Assembly: GCA_949295935.1 (NCBI GenBank)
Contig: CASFMW010000002.1
Location: forward strand, 290-64,289
Source of the DNA: an uncultured Pseudomonadota bacterium
GTDB taxonomy: Bacteria > Pseudomonadota > Alphaproteobacteria > RF32 > CAG-239
Length of the DNA: 64,000 nucleotides
Direction of reading: 5' to 3'
Both the position numbers and the translations under genes were made by a program. Position 1 is the stretch's first letter, and each line of letters starts with the position of its first letter. Shown here piece by piece: positions 32,144-41,872 of this stretch. The notes beneath the pieces were generated by a model. That model searched no databases. It was not told where the DNA came from and saw nothing but the letters and a program-made list of their open reading frames with translations.

Positions 32144-32202
32144 TAAATAAAAATTTTTTTGAGGTTAAGAAAAAAAATTAACTTGATTTTTAATATTTTT
32201 AC

Positions 32203-32230
32203 TATATACATACGAACGTGAATGTATATA
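32203..32230. promoter_or_regulatory. Candidate TetR operator (perfect 9-bp inverted repeat)
   Basis: tatatacat (32203-32211) and atgtatata (32222-32230) are separated by 10 nt. The repeat ends 13 nt upstream of the TetR start codon. Confidence 0.45.
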
Positions 32231-32242
32231 TAAGGAATTGAA

Positions 32243-32866
32243 ATGGCACGCAGAACGAAAGAAGAAGCAGAGCAAACCCGCAAAGACATTGCACTGGCAG
32301 CTCTCGAAGTATTTTGTGAAAAAGGCTATTCCAAAACAACTTTTGATGAAATAGCTAAGAGAATAAATCTAACCAAAGGCGCCGTCTATTGGCATTTTCG
32401 CAACAAAGCTGATATTTTAACAGCCATAATCAGAAAAGCCTTTGAAATTACCAGAAAAGAAATAGAACAGCGAATACCCAATAAAGTTGATTCGCTTCGC
32501 GTCATCCAACAATATCTGAAAGAAGAAATTGCGCTGATAAAAAAAAGCAAAATTTTTCACCAATTTTTATTTTTTGTGATATACCAAATGGAGTGGTCCG
32601 AAGCGATTCTCAATAAAGTAAGCTCCGAAATAAAAGACATAGAAAATTTCAACGGAGACTTTATAAAACAGGCACTGATAAACGCAAAAGAAAGCGGAGA
32701 AATCAGCGCCGATATTGATATAGAAGAAACCAGAATTATGATAACCTGTCTGTGGCAGGGAATAATTAAACAAGCCGTCGACCCTAAAGCCGATAGCTCA
32801 CAAATTGAAAAATTAATTGACACCAGCTTTGATATTTTAATCAAAGGCATGCAAGAAGGAAGGTAA
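32243..32866 (+). CDS. TetR/AcrR-family transcriptional regulator
   Basis: 207 aa. N-terminal TetR HTH 'ALEVFCEKGYSKTTFDEIAKRINLTKGAVYWHFRNK'. It is the first gene of the efflux operon. Confidence 0.9.
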   Translation: MARRTKEEAEQTRKDIALAALEVFCEKGYSKTTFDEIAKRINLTKGAVYWHFRNKADILTAIIRKAFEITRKEIEQRIPNKVDSLRVIQQYLKEEIALIKKSKIFHQFLFFVIYQMEWSEAILNKVSSEIKDIENFNGDFIKQALINAKESGEISADIDIEETRIMITCLWQGIIKQAVDPKADSSQIEKLIDTSFDILIKGMQEGR

Positions 32867-32870
32867 GACG

Positions 32871-34184
32871 ATGAAAGTAGGAAAAGTAAGCAACAGAAGA
32901 ATCTTAAAACAAACAGCAGTCCTGCTGCTGTGCGTCGGTGCTGGCTGGTACCTCAAAGGAAAAATGACGCCCTCCATGGGAGGCATGTCCGGCATGAACC
33001 GTGAAGCTTTTGTTTTAATCCAAGGACTAGAAGAAGCAGACATCAGCGCCAAGCAAAGCTACATCGGACACGTAGAAGCCATTAAAAGCGTCAATGTTAT
33101 TCCGCAAGTCAGCGGCTATGTTGAAAAAGTTTTGTTCCAAGAAGGTAGCTTCGTTGAAGAAGGTGACATTCTGTTCATAATTGAACAAAAAAAATATCAA
33201 GCAACCGTAGAGCTCAGAAAAGCAGAACTTGAAAGCGCAAAAGCAAATTTAGTCCGTGCAGAAAGAGACTTCAAACGTCAGGCCCAACTTTCTAAGCAAA
33301 ACTACGCTTCAAAAGCAACCTTTGATACGGCAGAAAGCAATTATTTACAAGCCAAAGCAGCCGTTGCACAAGCTGAAGCAAACTTAGATCTGGCCGAAAT
33401 TGACTTAGGCTATACCGTCATTAAAGCCCCGATTAGTGGCTATATCGGAAAAGCCTTGGTTACAGAAGGAAACTACGTCAGCTCCTCTGCTCAAAACTTG
33501 GCCCGTATTGTTCAAACCAATCCGATTCGAGTTGCTTTCTCAGTATCAGATAAAGAATATTTGGCAAGCAAAATCCTCAGACAACAAAACGGCGAAGAAA
33601 GCATCCGTAGTGAAATTATTCTACCAAACGGTCAAACAATTGAAAATCACTTCAAATCACGTTTTACGGATAATGAAATCAACACAGATACAGCAACAAT
33701 CGCTGTCTATGCTGAATACAAAAATGACGAAGGGTTGTTAATCCCCGGAAACTACGTTGATATAAAGATTGGCCCCAAAAAAACCCAAACCAGCTTGCTC
33801 GTTCCGCAATCTGCTGTAGCACAAGACGAGCACGGCAACTATGTTATGGTCGTCAAAGATGGCATAGCCGAAGAACGTCGTGTTACTTTGGGCGAAACAA
33901 TCGGAACGAAACAAGTTGTTAAAAGCGGCTTAAACAAAGATGACAAAGTTATCATTCAAGGTCTGCAAAAAGCCAGCAACGGTGCTAAAGTTAAGGCTCA
34001 ACTGATTGTTGAAGAAAAACTTCCGACCATCAGCAACACGGATGAGCCCACCAAAGTTGAAAAAAACCATCCGGTAGCAACCGCCATACAGGCCCAAGAA
34101 GTTGATGTTAATTCACCGATAATTAACAATCAAGTCAGTTTCGAGCAAGAAACCCAAGAAGAACAATCGGAAGTGGAGGAATAA
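32871..34184 (+). CDS. RND efflux periplasmic adaptor (membrane fusion protein, AcrA-like)
   Basis: 437 aa. Has a lipoyl/hairpin region ('VSGYVEKVLFQEGSFVEEGDILFIIE', coiled-coil 'LESAKANLVRAERDFKR...AEANLDLAEIDLGYTVIKAPISGYIG'). Located between the TetR and the RND pump. Confidence 0.9.
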   Translation: MKVGKVSNRRILKQTAVLLLCVGAGWYLKGKMTPSMGGMSGMNREAFVLIQGLEEADISAKQSYIGHVEAIKSVNVIPQVSGYVEKVLFQEGSFVEEGDILFIIEQKKYQATVELRKAELESAKANLVRAERDFKRQAQLSKQNYASKATFDTAESNYLQAKAAVAQAEANLDLAEIDLGYTVIKAPISGYIGKALVTEGNYVSSSAQNLARIVQTNPIRVAFSVSDKEYLASKILRQQNGEESIRSEIILPNGQTIENHFKSRFTDNEINTDTATIAVYAEYKNDEGLLIPGNYVDIKIGPKKTQTSLLVPQSAVAQDEHGNYVMVVKDGIAEERRVTLGETIGTKQVVKSGLNKDDKVIIQGLQKASNGAKVKAQLIVEEKLPTISNTDEPTKVEKNHPVATAIQAQEVDVNSPIINNQVSFEQETQEEQSEVEE

Positions 34185-34190
34185 GAATAA

Positions 34191-37100
34191 ATGTTTTCAA
34201 GAATATTCATTGAACGCCCACGTCTGGCAATGGTTATTTCCATTGTCTTGACACTGGCGGGAGCAATCTCTGTATTCTCACTCCCAATTTCATTATATCC
34301 GGAAATCACCCCGCCGATGGTAACGGTATCCGCCAATTATCCCGGAGCCAGTGCCGATGTTTTGGCTAAAACGGTAGGTATTCCGATTGAACAAGAAATC
34401 AATGGTGTTGAAGACATGTTATACATGGATTCTTCATCACAAAACGATGGCTCATATTCCTTATCTGTTACATTTGAAGTTGGTACAGATCCGGATATGG
34501 CACAAGTTAAGGTGCAAAACCGTGTTCAACAGGCCACACCGAAACTTCCGAGCGAGGTTCAAAGACAAGGTATCAGCGTAACTCGTCGTTCGTCTGATAT
34601 TTTAGGCTTTTTGAGCGCACGCTCACCTAAAGGAACACATGATACCAAGTTCATCAGTAACTATGTTGAAAATAACATCAAAAACAACTTGGCTCGTATT
34701 AACGGTGTCGGTGAAGTTAGCGTACACGCCTCTCCTCTGAGTATGCGTGTTTGGTTAAATGCAAACAAACTCAGCGCCTTAAACTTGCCGGTTGCAAATG
34801 TTATTGCCGCCATTGAAGGACAAAACTATCAACCCTCATTAGGTAGCATTGGCGCCATGCCGGGTGACGGCGACCAACAAATGGTCTATACCCTGCAAAC
34901 ACAAGGCCGTATTAACGAGGCCGAAGAATTCGGAAACATCATTGTCCGTACGGCCGAAGACGGAGGCTTGGTCAAACTAAAAGACGTTGCCAAAGTTGAA
35001 ATCGGAACAGAAAGCTATAGTGTTGAATCAACCCTTGACGGCGGCCCGTCCGTTTCAATTTCCTTAAACCTGTCATCAGGCGCTAACGCGTTGGAAACCA
35101 TGGAAGCCGTAAAACAAGAACTGAAGAGAATGGAACAACTCTATCCTGAAGACTTCCAAGTTGATATCACTTATGATGCAACTCTGTACATTATCTCATC
35201 AATCGAAGAAGTTATCTTCACCTTGGTTTTGACCTTTGCATTGGTTATCGGCGTATGCTACCTGTTTTTACAAGACTGGCGCGCAACTTTAGTTCCATCA
35301 TTAACCATTCCGGTATCTTTGTTTGCCACCTTTGCCGTCATGATGGCCTTAGGCTACAGCATCAACTTGTTGACCTTGTTCGGCTTGGTATTGGCAATCG
35401 GTTTGGTGGTTGATGACGCGATTGTGGTTGTTGAACGTGTTTTGTATTTAATGGAAACAGAAAACTTAACCCCGAAAGAAGCAACAATTAAAGCGATGGA
35501 ACAAGTTTCCAGCGCGGTTGTCGCTACAACCTTAGTGTTGTTAGCAATTTTCGTTCCGGTCGGATTCATGGGTGGTATTACCGGTAAGATTTATCAACAA
35601 TTTGCAATTACGATTTCAACATCTGTTGCTTTCTCAGCATTAAATGCGTTGACCTTATCTCCAGCACTATGCGCCACCATACTCCGCCCGATAAAAGAAG
35701 TAAAATCAGGCCCCTTGCACATATTCAACATGATTTTGAATAAAGCCCGCAACCGTTATGTTGGCGTTATAGCGATTATAGCACGAAAAGTCAGCGTTAT
35801 TGCGCTTATTCTCGGCATGTTGATTCTTGGCAACTTCGCCTTTTTGAAAACCAGCCAAACCTCATTCATTCCGAATGAAGACCAAGGCGTTATCTTGGCC
35901 AACTTCCAATTGCCGGAAGGTGCTTCATTTGAAAGAACGAGAGAATTGATAAAGAAACTCTATCCAACCATTAAAGCAGAACCAGGCGTCAGCAATGTCA
36001 TGTCGATTATCGGCTTCAGCTTGATTGGTGGTAGTGGTGAAAACGTAGCTTTCTCAGTCATTACGCTGGATCCATGGAACATGCGTAAAGATGAAGAACT
36101 CTATTCTACCAACATTTTGAACCGTATTAAGGCTAAGATAGCCAACACACCGGAAGCAGAAATCAACATGTTTGAATTTCCGGCCATTCCGGGCTTGGGT
36201 ACAAGTGGCGGTATGGATTATCGTTTACAGTCTTTGGACAGCTCTGATGCAAATGAGTTATACAGCACGATGCAAGGCTTTTTAGGACGGTTAAATTCAT
36301 CACCGGCCATCAACTACGCCTACTCGACTTATACCTCACAAACGCCGCACATAAACATTGAAATCGAGAAAGAAAAAGCCGAAAGTATGGGGATTTCTAT
36401 CGGAGATATTTATACCATTTTGCAAAACTACCTTGGTTCAACTTATGTAAACGACGTAAACTTCGGAACACAGGTTAATAAGGTTATTATTCAATCAGAT
36501 TGGCCGTTCCGTAAGGATGTTGATTCAATTAAGAACTTATATGTTCAAAACAAAAACGGCGACATGGTTCCTCTTGGAACGGTTATAAAACTGAATAAAG
36601 TTTTAGCTCCGAGAACAATCGAACGCTATAATCAATATCCGGCAGCAACAATCACCGCCGTTCAAAGCCAAGACATGAGTACCGGTCAAGCCATGGCCGA
36701 GGTTGAAGAGTTATCAAAACTCTTACCGAAAGGCTACAGCTACCAGTGGTCTGGCATGAGCTTCCAAGAAAAAGGAACAGAAGGACAAATCGGCGCATTG
36801 ATTATTCTGGCGATCACCTTTGGTTACTTGTTCTTGGTTGCACAGTATGAAAGCTGGGCAATGCCTTTGCCGGTGTTGACATCAATTACCGTCGCGATGT
36901 TGGGTGCCTTTGCCGGATTGTTCATCACCGGATTACCATTGAGTATTTACGCTCAATTAGGCTTAATCTTGTTGGTCGGTTTAGCTAGTAAGAACGCTAT
37001 TTTGATTGTTGAGTTCTCTAAAGAAGAACGTGAAAGAGGCTCCTCAATCGTCAAAGCGGCCACCACCGGCACAAAAGAACGTTTCCGTGCGGTCTTGATG

Positions 37101-37292
37101 ACAGCCTTCACCTTCATTTTGGGTGTATGGCCGATGATTGTCGCCACAGGCGCTGGTGCATCAAGCCGTATTGCGATCGGTGTTCCGGTATTCTACGGCA
37201 TGTTGCTGGGAACCGCCGGCGGCTTGCTCGTCATTCCGTTGCTTTACGTATTGTTTGAAACAATCCGTGAAAAAGTAAGCGGCAAGAAATAA
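34191..37292 (+). CDS. RND multidrug efflux permease (AcrB/HAE1 family)
   Basis: 1033 aa with 12-TM architecture. '[24 protein letters not shown]' at the N-terminus and '[17 protein letters not shown]' (proton-relay DD). Confidence 0.95.
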   Translation: MFSRIFIERPRLAMVISIVLTLAGAISVFSLPISLYPEITPPMVTVSANYPGASADVLAKTVGIPIEQEINGVEDMLYMDSSSQNDGSYSLSVTFEVGTDPDMAQVKVQNRVQQATPKLPSEVQRQGISVTRRSSDILGFLSARSPKGTHDTKFISNYVENNIKNNLARINGVGEVSVHASPLSMRVWLNANKLSALNLPVANVIAAIEGQNYQPSLGSIGAMPGDGDQQMVYTLQTQGRINEAEEFGNIIVRTAEDGGLVKLKDVAKVEIGTESYSVESTLDGGPSVSISLNLSSGANALETMEAVKQELKRMEQLYPEDFQVDITYDATLYIISSIEEVIFTLVLTFALVIGVCYLFLQDWRATLVPSLTIPVSLFATFAVMMALGYSINLLTLFGLVLAIGLVVDDAIVVVERVLYLMETENLTPKEATIKAMEQVSSAVVATTLVLLAIFVPVGFMGGITGKIYQQFAITISTSVAFSALNALTLSPALCATILRPIKEVKSGPLHIFNMILNKARNRYVGVIAIIARKVSVIALILGMLILGNFAFLKTSQTSFIPNEDQGVILANFQLPEGASFERTRELIKKLYPTIKAEPGVSNVMSIIGFSLIGGSGENVAFSVITLDPWNMRKDEELYSTNILNRIKAKIANTPEAEINMFEFPAIPGLGTSGGMDYRLQSLDSSDANELYSTMQGFLGRLNSSPAINYAYSTYTSQTPHINIEIEKEKAESMGISIGDIYTILQNYLGSTYVNDVNFGTQVNKVIIQSDWPFRKDVDSIKNLYVQNKNGDMVPLGTVIKLNKVLAPRTIERYNQYPAATITAVQSQDMSTGQAMAEVEELSKLLPKGYSYQWSGMSFQEKGTEGQIGALIILAITFGYLFLVAQYESWAMPLPVLTSITVAMLGAFAGLFITGLPLSIYAQLGLILLVGLASKNAILIVEFSKEERERGSSIVKAATTGTKERFRAVLMTAFTFILGVWPMIVATGAGASSRIAIGVPVFYGMLLGTAGGLLVIPLLYVLFETIREKVSGKK

Positions 37293-37310
37293 AAAAAACA
37301 CAATCAACAA

Positions 37311-37340
37311 AAATACCTCACAGAACGTGAGGTATTTTTT
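37311..37340 (+). terminator. Rho-independent terminator of the efflux operon
   Basis: atacctcac (37313-37321) / gtgaggtat (37327-37335), followed by T5. Confidence 0.75.
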
Positions 37341-37437
37341 ATACAAAATAAAGAAATTTGTGTTATAATTAAAAAAAAGGAAAAAAAGATGAATGACACA
37401 ATACTAAAAAAAAGAATATCAAGACCAAAAACAAAAA

Positions 37438-37848
37438 GTGCAATATTGCACAATTGGAAAAGAAACCATCATCATCCCTAGCAGTTATAAGGGAGACAAA
37501 GACCTATTTGCCGATGACCTTTTCAGCTATGAAGAAGAAGCTGAAAAATATAGAAAACATAATCAAACCTGCGCACAGGGAGAAGAACTTGATGCCGCCA
37601 TGATACAAACGGGCGATATATCGTTTCTTCCTCCATTTGACTTGGTCAAGTCCGGAAAGTCAAAGTCAGAGATAATAAAAAAAGCGACTAAAAGAGCCTT
37701 AAGACACTATCGCACCGCCCTCAAAAAAACCGAACGCCACAATAAAGAATATCCAGATACACATCTTCCGGTAAAAATGGATAAAGAAACTTTAGAAAAA
37801 TTAGATAAAAAGCACCAACCCAATGTGCTGCCAAAATTATGGATTTAA
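37438..37848 (+). CDS. Hypothetical protein; the true start is probably the ATG at 37389, separated by an A8 frameshift
   Basis: 136-aa ORF from a GTG with no SD. A good SD plus ATG lies at 37389 in the -1 neighbouring frame. The two frames are linked through an A8 run at 37406-37413. Confidence 0.45.
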   Translation: MQYCTIGKETIIIPSSYKGDKDLFADDLFSYEEEAEKYRKHNQTCAQGEELDAAMIQTGDISFLPPFDLVKSGKSKSEIIKKATKRALRHYRTALKKTERHNKEYPDTHLPVKMDKETLEKLDKKHQPNVLPKLWI

Positions 37849-38609
37849 AACCACAAAATTCACGTTTTAATGACGGCATTCTCAAGCGCCATGCCCATGA
37901 AGCACTCATCTACTTAAATTGCAACAACTATGCCGAAAAAATTCCTTATTTTGTTATCAAAAAAGGAAAAACATCTAAAGGAAAAACCTATTATGTAACA
38001 TCCGTAACTCAGCTAGCTCCTCAAGACTGTCACCCCATGATCCACGGACTAAAAAACGGCAGCACCAAAGAAGCAGAACAATTAGCTCAAAAGATTGAAA
38101 ACTATCGCTGCAAAGGCGGAAAAACCGTTTATAAAATTGCAGACCAAAACAACATAAGCCATCTTTATAGCTATACTGGAAAAGACGTAAAATTTTATGA
38201 AATGTCACGCATAAATCTTGCTGAAAGCAGCTATAAACAAGCATTAGATTATTATAAAAATAAAGATTACGAACAAGCCCTATCTTGTTTTAATGAAATG
38301 AGAAAAAACGGTTTTGACGGCGCAGACATTCGTAATGACATGGCCATTACTTACTACAATTTGGGTGAATACGAAAACTGCATAAAAGAATGCCAAGAGG
38401 TTTTAAAAACTGGAGAAAAAGAGCTTTACGCCGCCGCAAATTACAATGCCGGAAAAGCCTACGAAAAACTTGGCAATAAAGACAAAGCCTTAAAAAATTA
38501 TCAACTTGCCCAGCAAAGAGATCCCGATGAAAAAGCCTACCAAAGCGCCATTCAACGATTGTCAAACCATGCTCATACTTTTTCAAATAACAGCAAATCA
38601 AGAAGTTAA
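37839..38609 (+). CDS. Tetratricopeptide-repeat (TPR) protein
   Basis: 256 aa. The C-terminal half holds about three TPR units ('YKQALDYYKNKDYEQALSCFNEM', 'AITYYNLGEYENCIKECQEVL', 'NAGKAYEKLGNKDKALKNYQLAQQRDP'). The ATG overlaps the upstream stop (ATGGATTTAA). Confidence 0.7.
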   Translation: MDLKPQNSRFNDGILKRHAHEALIYLNCNNYAEKIPYFVIKKGKTSKGKTYYVTSVTQLAPQDCHPMIHGLKNGSTKEAEQLAQKIENYRCKGGKTVYKIADQNNISHLYSYTGKDVKFYEMSRINLAESSYKQALDYYKNKDYEQALSCFNEMRKNGFDGADIRNDMAITYYNLGEYENCIKECQEVLKTGEKELYAAANYNAGKAYEKLGNKDKALKNYQLAQQRDPDEKAYQSAIQRLSNHAHTFSNNSKSRS

Positions 38610-38688
38610 GCAAAAACATCTTGACAATCTTCTCCTGCGTGATACAAACACTATGTAAACTATATTATTAATTTTAAACAATATCATT

Positions 38689-39246
38689 ATGGAAAAAAAA
38701 GATGTTATATCAGCCATAGAACAGCTGATGAAGGAAAATGGACTTAGTCAAGAAGAACTTATCGCTTATTGGAACACCCCTCAGGAGGCACCAAAAAAAC
38801 AAGAAAACGAATGCCAGAAATACCCGTTTGGGGTTATGTATGATGACGGAACATGCTCTTGGGAACCTCAAAAAGAAAAAGAAATTTGGGGAATCATCTT
38901 TTATGGACACGTTATCAGTTTAAAAAAATCAAAAGAAAAATTAACCTGGAACAAAGCTATCGAATATTGCCAACAAATAAAAATAGGTAAAATGAAAGGC
39001 TCTGCCGGCTCCAAAACTTTTTGGGAAACTCTTCAAATGCAAGAACAAAAAATAATAGAGCTCAATAAATTTATTCATCAACTTGGCGGAGACGAAATTT
39101 CTGGAGTTTTTTGGACAAATAAACAATATGACCATAACTGGGCTTATTTTGCCTTCTTTACAGATAGAAACCATAAAAAAAACGGAATATCTGAATACTT
39201 CAAAAGCATAAAAATATTTGTCCGTCCGATTTTATCCTTAATATAA
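38689..39246 (+). CDS. DUF1566-like domain protein (paralog of ORF 6-515)
   Basis: 185 aa. 'WGIIFYGHVISLKKS..LTWNKAIEYC', 'GVFWTNKQYDHNWAYFAFF' and the C-terminal 'IFVRPI' parallel the DUF1566 pattern and the first ORF of the window. Confidence 0.5.
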   Translation: MEKKDVISAIEQLMKENGLSQEELIAYWNTPQEAPKKQENECQKYPFGVMYDDGTCSWEPQKEKEIWGIIFYGHVISLKKSKEKLTWNKAIEYCQQIKIGKMKGSAGSKTFWETLQMQEQKIIELNKFIHQLGGDEISGVFWTNKQYDHNWAYFAFFTDRNHKKNGISEYFKSIKIFVRPILSLI

Positions 39247-39284
39247 AAATTCTATCATTATGAACGAAAAGATCTAAAATCTAA

Positions 39285-39354
39285 AAATAAATATCCCCTG
39301 TCCATGAACTGTCCAATTTTTGGGGGACAGTTCACCAATGGGGGATATTTATTT
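39285..39354. terminator. Compound bidirectional terminator hairpin
   Basis: Outer stem aaataaatatcccc (39285-39298) / ggggatatttattt (39341-39354). Inner stem gaactgtcc (39306-39314) / ggacagttc (39325-39333). An A-run lies 5' and a T-run 3', between convergent genes. Confidence 0.6.
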
Positions 39355-39371
39355 TTTAAAGACTTAATTTG

Positions 39372-39950
39372 TCAACGTTTCAAAATCAACAAATAATTAT
39401 CATGATAATCCAAACCAGAAGGATATTGGCAGGTCATATCTTCAACATTGCAAAGAATCAACAAACCACGATCTGTTGCATAAAAAAACTTACCCGTTAG
39501 AGGTTCAACTCCTGCTGCAACGCATAATTCCGAAACTTTTTTTAACTCAGCAACCAATGTCTTGAAATCAGAAAATTCCAACAAATTTTCGCCCAACCGA
39601 TCACTATAAAGTGCAACCGATAACGGTTTAACCCTTTGCGTACGAGAGTGAATAACAAGACTTGGTGAAATTCGGTAACCGATAATCCGCCCGTTTTCAG
39701 GAAGATACTCCGTAGATTCAACCAAATTTTCATAAACATAGCGCGGCTCGGTATAGTCATCTACTTTATCAGGCAATTTTCCATTCCAAATCGGCTCACC
39801 TGCCGGACCATCATAAACACCAGCCTTACCGGAAAGTTCATCTTGAATCCGTCTACGTTGTTTAGAAACATTACGCAAACAAATAATAAAAAAAGCAACA
39901 AAAATAACAGCAGAAACAATAATAGTCCCTAACAAAAGGTTTTGATCCAT
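39372..39950 (-). CDS. Hypothetical membrane-anchored protein
   Basis: 192 aa with a single N-terminal TM (LLLGTIIVSAVIFVAFFIICL). No recognisable domain. Confidence 0.5.
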   Translation of the reverse strand: MDQNLLLGTIIVSAVIFVAFFIICLRNVSKQRRRIQDELSGKAGVYDGPAGEPIWNGKLPDKVDDYTEPRYVYENLVESTEYLPENGRIIGYRISPSLVIHSRTQRVKPLSVALYSDRLGENLLEFSDFKTLVAELKKVSELCVAAGVEPLTGKFFYATDRGLLILCNVEDMTCQYPSGLDYHDNYLLILKR

Positions 39951-40094
39951 AATTATACCGGAATATTTATTGAGGCTTATATGACCGGATCCTCATAATT
40001 ATACATAATGATATTTAACTCAATTTTTAACCTACCATCTCCCCTAAAATTGTCAACTCAAAACACCAGAGAATTTTGCATGAATAATAAAGAG

Positions 40095-40362
40095 CAAAAA
40101 ATTTTAGTATACTAAATGTCAAAAAGCTCGGAGAACGAGACGAATAATAAGATTTAAGGAAGGAAAAAGCGCAGCGTACAGAGTAGTACGTGAGCATTTT
40201 TCCTATCCGCAAAATCTGTATTAGTCGACCACAGAGCGAACTTGTAAAACTGGGTAGAATAGTACAGATAGAGGCATTTCTAGCTGCGAGAAAAATTTTA
40301 GTGGGTACATGAATTTTTCGAGACAGCGTAAAATGCCTCTAGATGTGCTGTTATGCACAGTT
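40095..40362. repeat. Structured intergenic repeat array, locus 2 (partial B - A - B + extra hairpin)
   Basis: 'aaaagctcggagaa' at 40122-40135, hairpin core cgtacagagtagtacg at 40175-40190, and B module at 40232-40303 (near-identical to 650-719). An extra 10-bp stem joins agaggcattt (40270-40279) and aaatgcctct (40331-40340). Confidence 0.75.
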
Positions 40363-40369
40363 TAACTTT

Positions 40370-40819
40370 TTATTTGGCGATCATAGCCGTAAACTCAGCC
40401 TCCGACACCACCTTGCCATCAACAAGGGATTGTCCACGGAAAACATAAACACGACCATGCTCTTTGATTTTTTCAACATGCATTCTGAGCTGATCTCCGG
40501 GTTTCACTGGTTTGCGGAATTTTACACCGTCAATCGACATAAAGAAAACGCCTTTTTTGTTTTCTTTATAGTTTTCAAAACTTGAGATAACCAAGGCACC
40601 GGCTGTTTGAGCCATTGCTTCAATTTGCAAAACACCAGGCATTACCGGATTTCCGGGGAAATGTCCTTGGAAAAATTCTTCATTCATGGTAACATTTTTA
40701 AGACCAACACCTTTTTCACCGGGAATTTCAACCTCAAGACGGTCAACCAACAAAAACGGATAGCGGTGCGGAAGCATATCCATAATTTCTTCAACGGTAT
40801 AAATTTTATTTTCAGCCAT
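40370..40819 (-). CDS. fabZ: 3-hydroxyacyl-ACP dehydratase FabZ
   Basis: 149 aa. 'LPHRYPFLLVDR' and 'FFQGHFPGNPVMPGVLQIEAMAQ' are the canonical FabZ hot-dog motifs. Confidence 0.95.
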   Translation of the reverse strand: MAENKIYTVEEIMDMLPHRYPFLLVDRLEVEIPGEKGVGLKNVTMNEEFFQGHFPGNPVMPGVLQIEAMAQTAGALVISSFENYKENKKGVFFMSIDGVKFRKPVKPGDQLRMHVEKIKEHGRVYVFRGQSLVDGKVVSEAEFTAMIAK

Positions 40820-40849
40820 TTTCTTTCCTTTACTATATCAAAATAAAAA

Positions 40850-41863
40850 CTATTTTTTACCAACCTTTTGCAAATATGCAACTTGACGCATAAAATCTTT
40901 AAACTTAACGGCGGGAGACCCCATCATAATCTCCCCGGGAGCAATATCGCGCATAATACCGGATTGAGCTGCAATCTGAGCTCCACTACCAATATTCAGA
41001 TGATCAGCAAAACCGGTCTGACCACCACAAACCACATAATCGCCAAAGGTGCAACTTCCGGCAATTCCGGTCTGCGAGACAACAACACAACAATTCCCCA
41101 AACGGTCATTATGAGCAATTTGTACTAAATTATCAATCTTGGTACCGTCTCCGATAACCGTATCATCAAGAGCGCCGCGGTCGATACAAGTATTTGCCCC
41201 GACCTCAACATTGTTGCCAATAATCACACGCCCGACTTGCGGAATTCTCTTATGCTGGCCTTCCACCATCATAAAACCAAAACCATCTTGTCCAATACGT
41301 GCCCCGCAATAAATATAACAATTGTCACCAATAATCGAATAAGAAATTGAGGCATTGGCGCCGATTCTGGTATTATTACCGATTTGGCAATGATGCCCGA
41401 TAACAACATTTGGCTCAATACAACAATTTTCACCAATACAAACACCTTCACCAATAACCACGCCGTCCGATACAATCGAACCTTGTCCAATGATTGCCGT
41501 CGGATGAATTTTTGCGGTCGAGGCAATATTTGAAAATTGCTGTTGCTCAGCATATAATTCCTGATTTAATTTCAAGAAAGCCAGCTTCGGGTTAGCTGCC
41601 ACTAAAACGGCAACATTCTCCGGCACAAAAGGAGCAAGCTCTTCTGTGGTAACACAAGCCGAAGCCTTTATTTCTGCAGCTTTTTCTTTGGCCTTTTTAT
41701 CATAGAAAAAGCAGATCTCGGCCTCTTGCGCTTTTTCCATCGGCGCAATATTTTCAATCATTATCTGGGCCTTGGAGGGCTGCTTAAGTTCTGCCCCGCA
41801 AATCTCAGCAACCTTTGCCAAAGCAAAAGGACCATTATTAATATAAAAGCGAGTATCAACCAT
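40850..41863 (-). CDS. lpxD: UDP-3-O-acylglucosamine N-acyltransferase LpxD
   Basis: 337 aa with left-handed beta-helix hexapeptide repeats. The C-terminal '[28 protein letters not shown]' is typical. Located between bamA and fabZ. Confidence 0.93.
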   Translation of the reverse strand: MVDTRFYINNGPFALAKVAEICGAELKQPSKAQIMIENIAPMEKAQEAEICFFYDKKAKEKAAEIKASACVTTEELAPFVPENVAVLVAANPKLAFLKLNQELYAEQQQFSNIASTAKIHPTAIIGQGSIVSDGVVIGEGVCIGENCCIEPNVVIGHHCQIGNNTRIGANASISYSIIGDNCYIYCGARIGQDGFGFMMVEGQHKRIPQVGRVIIGNNVEVGANTCIDRGALDDTVIGDGTKIDNLVQIAHNDRLGNCCVVVSQTGIAGSCTFGDYVVCGGQTGFADHLNIGSGAQIAAQSGIMRDIAPGEIMMGSPAVKFKDFMRQVAYLQKVGKK

Positions 41864-41872
41864 AACGTTCTC

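Noticed and set aside
37839-37848. The 10-nt overlap between ORFs 37438-37848 and 37839-38609 as another frameshift
   Set aside because: ATGGATTTAA is a standard start/stop overlap for translational coupling. Both ORFs have plausible independent ends.
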